Positions 52,070 to 61,206 of a stretch of 64,000 nucleotides of DNA are shown here, piece after piece. The stretch spans positions 124,001-188,000 of the forward strand of contig JALMLS010000423.1 in NCBI GenBank assembly GCA_038496445.1, written 5' to 3'. The notes beneath the pieces were generated by a model. It was not told the DNA's origin. It was given only the letters and a program-made list of their open reading frames with translations, and searched no databases. A program made the translations under genes and the position numbers. Numbering within the stretch: the stretch's first letter is position 1; each line of letters begins with the position of its first letter. Source of the stretch: Trichosphaerium sp. ATCC 40318. Lineage: Eukaryota; Protista; Tubulinea.

Positions 52070-52990
52070 TGCCAATGCCCACGTGGCGACTGAAGATACA
52101 GGCGAACTTAATTATGGTACCCATTTAAGCCGTGAGCTTTGAGACAAGCATCACTAGTGGTCTTTCATCCAATAGAATTGCGTAGTATCAAATTATCGTT
52201 TCGCCACAGTGGTGAACTGTGAATACAATAACGACTCTGTGTTTTTCATACTATGCATCTTTACTACGTTGACCCAGTGATAGCACAATCTTGTTATAGC
52301 ATTACAGAATCTCTCTGACTAAATATGTACATTTTGCAGCCGTTCATTTCTATTATATCCATTGTTTCTGTTGAAAGGTCACTTTATAATTAACCGTCAC
52401 AATCTATTTCTACTATTTGTGTGCACGCACCATCTGTTGAAAGCCCTGTTTTCCCTGAAACGGTTTCAAGCCATGTGATAATATTAGTAACTGATAACGA
52501 TAATATGGTGCTGCCAATGCACAGCAGACAGGAGAGTAGTATACTCCCAATGTAACCTTGGAAAATTTGGCGCTGTAATGAACGTTCTATCCAAGCAAAA
52601 AACTAGCCTGAGACTATTGAAGTAGAAAAATTAGGTGCATGGTGTTAACGGAGGATATCTCACAAGTGCTCATTCACTTGGATACTGCACGTACTTATTG
52701 CTAAAGTAGCTAGCCACTACGTTACGGATGTGCATAACAGCATATAATCACAGAAGTTTACAAGAATGTTACCTGCCTTGTAGTCTCATTTACGTGGATG
52801 TTCCGAAAATTTTGTTTCCCCGCAATTCGCGAATTCTTGATTTAAATGCAGGCTTTTTTAGCGTATTCGCGAATTTTGGATTATCTCCCTTCTAAAAAGG
52901 GAAAGGAAGTTGTGTAGTCAGTTCGGGCGATTTTTGGTAACATCGCTTCAAAACAGAAGTAAAAAGGCTGGAAACATTTACAAAAATGAA

Positions 52991-55900
52991 GATGAGGTAA
53001 ATTTATAGAGGTTCTCATTGGCCCGGCACCCGGGTTAAATATGCTTGTTTGATTCACTTAAAAAAGATCGTAGTACAGCAGCAAAGCTATTAAATTTGCC
53101 ATGATAATAATGGTATGATATCTGATGTTTTTGTTTCCGAGCCGGAGTAGAAACAATAGTAGTACACATTTCTTAACAGTTTTCGCATACCACAAAATAT
53201 CTATTTTAAACAAATGCTGCACACTGTGCTCACATGTATGCTCCTCGTTATGGTAGCTCTAGCTACAGAAAAGGTGTTCAGAATAGGTAGCGTGTATCCT
53301 AGTGAAGGACGTTTCCGCGGCAATTCCATATTACAACGCAACAGTCACGAGATGTGGCGAGACACGGTATACAAATTACTACAATTTTAAGTATTTCTAA
53401 CATACAAAAAGGTAAACGAAAGAGGAGGGCTACTAATTAATGGATCTCTTTATACAGTCGAAATTATATTCACTCCAGTTGGTACGCTATACATTCATTT
53501 GAACCCACAACACCACCAAAACTTTCAAGTATTTAAAACGCTCGCTCCCTCACTTCACGTTGAAGACACGTGCAGTTTTGTGTTGAAAAACTGCTGTTCT
53601 AACAGTATTTTTTATAGAACCTACAGGCGAAGCTACTGCTAATGCAACAAGAGTACTTATTACAGAGCGCAATGTAAACATGATTTTTCTTGTACGTGAG
53701 CCTTATTTTAGAGTAAACTTAACATTTTGTTAAGCCACTTTCAACTGAACTTGGATTACCAGCTGCTCTCGTTGCAAATGAATATAAAATCAACTCTATA
53801 TGGGGTTAGTGATACTTAACTTTTTCAGTGGTTAACGTCAACACAGCTGCATCCGGACAATCAACAAATCTTATTTGTGATAAAGCTCTGAGGCCTCCTT
53901 GCAAGGTTCCATTTGGGCGTCGATTGCCATACACTATTGAGTTCCTTATTCCGAAAGAAATAGTTATGACCGAGCCATTGAATCTATTGGCAATCCAGAA
54001 TGTGAAGTCTGTTGCCTTGTTTTGGGAGAGTAAGTTCGATTGTGTTAATTGGGTACTGACAACTTCTAGCATCTCTCAGAGGCATAGGTGTTGGCGCTCT
54101 TAGAGGTATATCGTTCTTGGGGTTTGATTTAGTTTACCAAAAAGAAATCAGAGACAGGTTTGATCCCGAAGGTCAAGAATCAGATGTACGAGAAATGGTA
54201 GAGAAGCTTAAGGATTTGAAACCAGGTAAGACCGATCTCCATTCTTCATTTCTTCTTTACTGATTCTTTTTCTATAGATGTGGTGATTGGTGGCACTGTG
54301 ACGTCATGTGGAACGCTTATGAGAATAGCAAGAGAATTGAATTTCAATGCAAAGGCAAGAAGAAAAAAAATTCTTATTTCTCACATCTTTAGGCATACTT
54401 ATTGACAGTCCCTTGTCTTCTTCCTGCAAATCTTAAGAATATAGGCCCGGATATCAAATACGTAATGGATGCGGGAAACATGGTGAGAATTTGTTCTATA
54501 AATGCGAACTTACAGTGGTTTTCCTTAGTGGGATGAAAATCTTCAAAGCAATATCTACGATGAAGATGATCCAAATATCAGACACTATCACTTCCTTAGT
54601 AACGGCACATTGTCATCACCTCAATTGTTTGCGCAAAAGTACCGAGAAAGATTTGGTGTATCTCCAGGCCAGCATGGTATGACAGGATATGTCATAGGCT
54701 ACATGGTTCAGCATTCTGTTGAAAAAGCAAAGTACGACACCAGGTTTTTATCAGAACGCACGTGATTTATTTATTTGTTCAATCAATAGTTCTCTCGATA
54801 CAGATAAGATACAAGATGCCATTAATAATATGAACATGAAAAGTTTTGGTGGGGAGTTTCAATTTGATTTGTATGGACAGAATTTAGGAAGATTCTCTCT
54901 TACTTATCAATTGGATCAAGACTTGAATTATCAAGTTGTAGCACCTTTGTTTGCTGTCACGACACCTTTCATATATCCAGCTCCTAAGTGGGATGAACGT
55001 GAAACCACATACGGGTGGTATAGTACGTGTGAACGTTTAGTCACCAATTCTAAGCCATTTTCTGCAGAAACAACAGCTGAACGAGTTGTGCTTGCTCTGG
55101 TTTCATTTATTATTTTAATAACAATGGGGCTTGTAATATGGGTAATCATATTCCAAAATAATCGAATAATACGTGCTTCACAACCTTTGTTTGTTGTTCT
55201 CACCTTGGTACGTATCTTTTAAGTCCTTTAAGTACACTTCGCATGACTAACTATTGAAACAGATTGGTTCAATCATTATGTACTCAACTGTTTTTTTCTG
55301 GACTCTACATACAGACGACTTTCATTGCAATATGTTGCGATGGTTGCTTTGTATAGGTTTTAGTGTACGTTTACTATTTTTAGTTTGATTTCGATCGCTT
55401 ACAGAGGAGTAGTTGACTTATGGATCGTTGTTTGCTCGGATCTATCGTATTGGGCAGATTTTCCGTGTTGATACTTTGGAAATAATTAAAGTCACAAACA
55501 TGATGATAATTCCTATTGTTGCTGGTATTGTTGCAGTAGAGGTTGTGCTCCTATCTATTTGGACAATAGTAAGCCGTTCACGTGCAGTACTAGAACCAGC
55601 CAAACCGTATATTTTATCGGATGATTACTTTGTTTGTACTTTCGGAGACAATGACAAGATATTCTTTGGTATATTGGCTGTGTTCAATATTGGTATCATC
55701 ATATACGGTCTATATTGGGCAGTAAGAATATGGAAACTAAAGTCAGTACTATACAACGAGTCCAAGTACGTAAAAAAAGCGCTATCATTTATCTTTTTTA
55801 ACATAGTTTTTCTCCAATAGATTTATTGGATTCTCAGTCTACACTCTCGCTTTCTTCATTGCCATATTAGGCATTGTACAAGTATGTTATTGTATGGGAT

Positions 55901-56390
55901 TTACTGGATACTAAATTAACGCTTTGTAGGTGATTGGAGGTGATAATCGGACACTGAAGTTCGTGTTACGATCTGGAAGTATTGTGCTTGGACCTTTCGT
56001 GTCAGTACTATCTTTGGTAATACCACGCATGCACTACATGATGCTTGACACCGAAACAAGTATTTTTAAAAGAAAAACAGGAACAAGTATGGATCTTTCA
56101 AGTGCTACCAAGGGATCAACAGTAGATGATACAAACGGTGATTTAAAACAACAAGTTAAGGACTTGAAAGAAGAGGTAAAGTACCTAAAGAGCAAATTAG
56201 AGAACCTAAAGGATGAAAACGATGAGGACAATGATGTAGAGCAACCAGCGATAACATCACATACAAGAGAATAAAGTGGAAGCACTTAATGTTGTCTAAT
56301 GCAAGAATGACTACGAAAAGCGTTAGTTGCCCAAAGAGAATTGTAGTGAAGTTGTTTTGTAAGGAATAAAAATAGTTTGAGATGTTAGTT
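52991..56390. repeat. Right arm of the inverted duplication
   Basis: Reverse-complement match to 45573-48957. Confidence 0.93.
53214..56274 (+). CDS. Family C GPCR, copy 2
   Basis: Same exon structure and motifs as copy 1. Confidence 0.88.
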
Positions 56391-57151
56391 TTTCGTCAGT
56401 TTCCATTAATATGTATTTCTTCTTCGTATCAACAACATACTAGGGTTTCACCAATGCTAGGATCACTACTTCAAAGTATAGTTTACTATGGTATACATCA
56501 GCTTCATTGCAATGAGAATTTGTGTTAGTTATTGCTTATTAGAATACACATATGTAAACAGTTACCAACGGTTCACATTCGAACGACACGTGGTTAATTA
56601 ATTACCGTGGAACAAAAGAATACGTCGCGGTTAATTTAAAACCAACCACGGTCTTTCAAATGTCAGATATCAATAGCGAGCTTTCAACTCACTAGTATTC
56701 AAGAAGATTGAGTTCTCTGCGCCTGGAGAAAGTATGTAATCCTTCACTTAAAACAGTGAGAGAAATCACTCAACGAATGTCGAGCAATCAAGTCAGCTGA
56801 CGATAATAATTAAGACAACAAACTTCCTACCACATCCATCAACAAAGATGCACGAATGATTTTTATCCAAAAACCGGTTTCGCTAAACGCTGTGACTTTT
56901 CAATGGTTAAGTGATTCACTTGTTCAATCGTACAACTGAGAGTGAACTGTTAGAAAAAAAATTTGCAGCAGCAAGCTTTTACTAGATGTAATGAAACCTC
57001 GCCTGTACCGTAATGAAATTATCTCTTACTTAGTTGGTAAGATAAGAAAAAGTGTTACACAGCGACTACATACAACCTGACATCCACTTTGTCAAAAGAT
57101 GAAGCATGTACAAACAGTATTTTGAGCTTAGTTTTTTTTGTTTTATTTATT

Positions 57152-60100
57152 TTACTGAGGACCTTCATAACGTCCTAGTTCTTTGAGCCTATTTACTCTT
57201 CTCAAGAACATTTCTTCAGGTATTATCTTTATACCCCATGAAGCTGCTTTGGTAAGCTTTGAGCTTCTACCACCAGTATCACCAACTATCAAATGGCTTA
57301 CATCTCGGGTTATTGAGTCCTTAACTTCTCCACCCAAATCCTTTACAATCTGATGTGCTAGCCCTAAACCAAGATATTAATTATACAACAAAAGAGAGAA
57401 TAGAAATACGATAATTTACTTTTTTAGAAAAGCGGTGTGGCCGTATGTGATTGTCAAAAAAGAAAAATTACGAGAAAAAGGAGAAATAGCTCAGGGAGGA
57501 GTTGAACCTCCGTCTACTCTTCATGAGAGAGTCGTGCTAGACCGTTACACCACAGAGCTTTGAGATGTTAACAATGCGCTATAGCGTCACGAGCGACCAA
57601 AAAGAAGACAATAGCGTGACAATGAGCGCAGTTCAAACCAAAAAAAAAAAAGGTTTCAATGAAAAGAATGTCAAGAATGTTTTTCCAAGTGCTTGTTTAA
57701 TTACCTCTAGTAAAACCGGCTAGTTTTCCAGTGAATACAATTAAATATCCTCGAAGTAAAGGTGGTGCTACTATATCACTTTGTACAGGCGCAGCCTAAA
57801 GTTAAAAATAAGTCAAAAAAAAATAGACGGTTTCTCAATGTTTTATCAAAACTGGGGACGTACACGTTCTAGTTGCATGCCAATAACTTTAAGACTATCA
57901 AAAAGTGCTATGTTCTTTTTATTTCTAAAGTAATCGTATATAGACAAAGCAACTTTTTCTCCAACACCTACCACAAAGACATTAACGTTCTGCAAAAAAG
58001 TGTTCTGGTTTTTTTCTGAAAAACAGTTTTTGCATCTCAACGACAAATTGTATCTAGTACGAGAAGAAGATATGTACCTTCGATTGATTTAAGAGATTTT
58101 AAAGAAGCGCTTCTGATCATCTCAATTGAAGAGAATCTATCACAAAGAAGACTTGCTATAAACAAAAGGTTAAAAAAACGTGAACATAAACAAAAATAGA
58201 CCAAAATCGTAATCGCTTTTTTTTTCCTTTCTCAATTATCAGAAGCATATTCTAGGTCGTACCTGTGCCTTTTCCTACGTGTCTTATACCTACACCAAAT
58301 AGAATTTGTTCATATGATGCATTCTTGATTCTATCATCAATAGAAGATAAAATAGCCTGAACTCTTCTTGCACCCCAACCTTCTCTCATTTCAAGGAACT
58401 CTTTGTGCTTCTTTAAGTTCAAAATATCAGGAAAATCTAAACAAGAGAAACATTAGTACTCACTAGGGAGCAATGTAATTGAACAAGGATTGCATCTTAA
58501 GAAGCAACAATACTAAAAAAAATATGCAGGCAAAAAATTTACCTTCAATCAGCCCGAAGCTAATAAGATCTGCAATCGTAGAATTACCCATACCAGCAAT
58601 GTCAAGACACTGCTTTGAGCAAAAGAAAGCAAGCTTTGGCTCAAGTTGTAATGGACAATCACGTAATGTACCTGGAGAATGTATAAATAAAGCACAAAGA
58701 ATCTTTAACATTGAAAAAAAGACCCAAAAAGCACTAAATTCGACACCGTACAATAGTGGTCAGCTTGATCTGGTGATGATTCAAGCCTGGATCCGACTTC
58801 ACAAGGGCAGTTTTTCCAGTCAAGTTTTGGCGGAGATATATTGGAAGGTTCCTCTAAACGAAGTAAGCACAAAAAACAACGTTTCAATCAAAATCAGAAA
58901 TGTGCTTCACACGAGTCTGAGTATTTTTAACTCGCGCTCTTGTTATAGAAGAAAATAAATTAGCTTACCCCTGCATTTTACAACATTTGGAATAACGTCT
59001 GCACTCTTTTCAATTGTTATCCAATCACCAACTCTGATTTTCTTGGATTTAATAAAATCACTGTTGAAAAGAGTTGCGCGAGCAATCTTGCTGCCTAATG
59101 TAATTTCATAAATAAAATCTAACTTCCAAAATACAATGTATAATACCTGCAAGATCCACAGGATCAAAATCAGCAACAGGTGTAATCTTACCAGTGCGTC
59201 CTACCTCAAGAAATATTCAACACAGGCGCGGCAAAAATGGTAAAAACGGTGCATACTGTAAGCTCGATATTACGTAGTATAGTTTCCTTCTGAGCTGCTT
59301 TGAATTTGTACGCTATTGCCCAACGTGGTGAGTGCGCTCTGGCACCTAACAAGACAACGTGAGCGTTGCAATCACAGCAAAATAATCAAAAAGGAAGCTC
59401 CCCCTCCGGGAATCGAACCCGGGTCTGTCGCGTGACAGGCGACGATGATAGCCACTACACCAAGGGGGATGCGTTGTTGCTGAAAAGAGCTCACTGCAGC
59501 AACCGATTCAGAAAAATTGATAGGTGTGCACACCTAAGCAAGCAGTGCAAACGTGATGTTTACGACAGAACCAAAAATGCATACCAAGTCGATTTTGTTG
59601 TTTGATATCATTAACTTTGAAAACAATGCCGTCTATTTCAAAATCAAAGCTGTTGCGCCTCTCTTCAAATTTGGTAGCAATAGAAGTTACTTGCTTCAGA
59701 TTAGCACATTCTACAGCCTCTTTATCAGCCGTTAATCCCAGTTTGCGTATTAAATCGAGACCTTCCACTTGTGTTGCTACAGAAAAATTGTTACATACAA
59801 CGATAATTCGCATGTCAGCTTATCATGATAAATTATACAATGGCAAACGTACTAATTGGTTGTCCTGACCAATTGTGAAGCGAATAGCCCATGAACAAAA
59901 GTGATTTGGCTGGTTGGGTATCTGAGGAACTATAATCATCTAGCGTACTTATAAGAAACTACGAAAACATTCGAATCCACAAGTGCTCAAAACTTTTAAA
60001 TAGAAACGCACGTGCCAAGGTGTATGCGTTTCATCATGCCGCTGGCCAAGTTGCGAGGGTTAGCGTATTGCTTATTTTCTGGTAACTCAGCGTTTATGCG

Positions 60101-61121
60101 CTCAAACTCCTTTTTAGGTAAAACAATTTCTCCTCTAATCTCCACTGAAACTGGTTTGCCGTCTACATAGTGTTAATCAGAAGTAACGTGCAACAACAAA
60201 AACAATGCAAAAGATATGGTCTCCCCCTCCGGGAATCGAACCCGGGTCTGTCGCGTGACAGGCGACGATGATAGCCACTACACCAAGGGGGATACATTGT
60301 GGGGGTTAATCCCAAATGTCAGGAACCGATTTGAAAAATTTTAATCAAAAGAACATAAGCTTATGTAATGTTGTTCATACCATACTCCAGCGTCTCTGGT
60401 AAATTACTAACATAACCTTGACAAGTTTTTGTTATATCTTCGCCTTCAGTGCCATCTCCTCGAGACGCAGCTTGATAAAACTGACCGTCTTTATACACAA
60501 TACTGCACGCGATACCATCAAACTTTAACTCTGCTACGTATTTGTACTTGTTCTTATAATCAAGTCAGTCATTGTTGAAACATTAGTGAGTACCCGTCCA
60601 AGCGCCTTTGCAATGCGTTCATCGAACTCTTTGAGTTCTTTTGCGTTGTAGGTGTTCGATAGTGACAACATCTTCTCACTGTGCTTTATTTTCTTTGCGC
60701 TCTCTCCAACAGCCAATCCGACGCTTGCTGTCGGCGATTCAGGTAATTTAAATTGGTATCTTTGATGGCGTTAAAATTTTTTGATAGAAGCTGAAAAACT
60801 ACGTGCTTGGTCTCCAGTTCTACTAGTTTCGCGTTTAACGTATCATACTCATAATCTGAAATCTCAGGGCGCGATTCGTTAAAATACAGATTTCTATGCC
60901 TATATTTCATTAGCGTACGTACGTACTTGGTGGTTTTGCAAAAACAAACGGTACCTGTTGAGTTCGTGCGTGAGGTCTGTTATTTCTTTGGCTACCTTGC
61001 TTGGTAGTGCGCGTTTTGCATAAAATCGCCGAGTTTTGCCAGGCTTGGTACATTGTTTGGTACTGCGTTGCGTCGTGCGCCAGTACGATCGTGCCACGTT
61101 AGCTCTAGAAAGCGCCAACAT
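57152..61121 (-). CDS. ligA: NAD+-dependent DNA ligase (bacterial LigA type), intron-rich, with Arg-rich N-terminal extension
   Basis: Domain Ia [73 protein letters not shown], Cys Zn finger, HhH and BRCT (VFTG...LGG...SSKLTKA). Confidence 0.95.
57487..57559 (-). tRNA. Atypical tRNA with CAT anticodon (Met), in the last ligA intron
   Basis: AGCTCTG-TG-GTGT-AACGGTCTA-GCAC-G-ACTCT-CTCATGA-AGAGT-AGAC-GGAGG-TTCAACT-CCTCC-CTGAGCT-A folds as a cloverleaf; T5 terminator downstream. Confidence 0.8.
59398..59469 (-). tRNA. tRNA-Asp(GTC), intronic
   Basis: TCCCCCT...GTCGC-CTGTCAC-GCGAC...CCGGGTTCGATTCCCGG-AGGGGGA-G; T5 terminator downstream. Confidence 0.95.
60221..60292 (-). tRNA. tRNA-Asp(GTC), intronic, identical second copy
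   Basis: 72-nt sequence identical to 59398-59469. Confidence 0.95.
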
Positions 61122-61206
61122 ACCACACCGCTTGGCAACAAACGACAATGCGTTTTAGTTTCCTTAAGTTAGAATTTCTATATCTTCGCCCTGTAAGGAG
61201 CATAGA

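Noticed and set aside
54758-54764. GCACGTG as an additional GC donor in the GPCR genes (also about 47182)
   Set aside because: The frame is satisfied by the upstream GTACGA donor; the motif lies inside the intron.
57487-57559. Reading the tRNA as UCA (opal suppressor/Sec) or CUC (Glu)
   Set aside because: The only 5-bp stem (ACTCT/AGAGT) centres CAT after U33; there is no long variable arm for Sec.
59366-59605. ORF containing [14 protein letters not shown]
   Set aside because: Translation of the antisense strand of tRNA-Asp.
57152-61121. Bacterial contamination as source of ligA
   Set aside because: The gene has many spliceosomal introns and eukaryotic-type tRNAs and abuts a eukaryotic gene.
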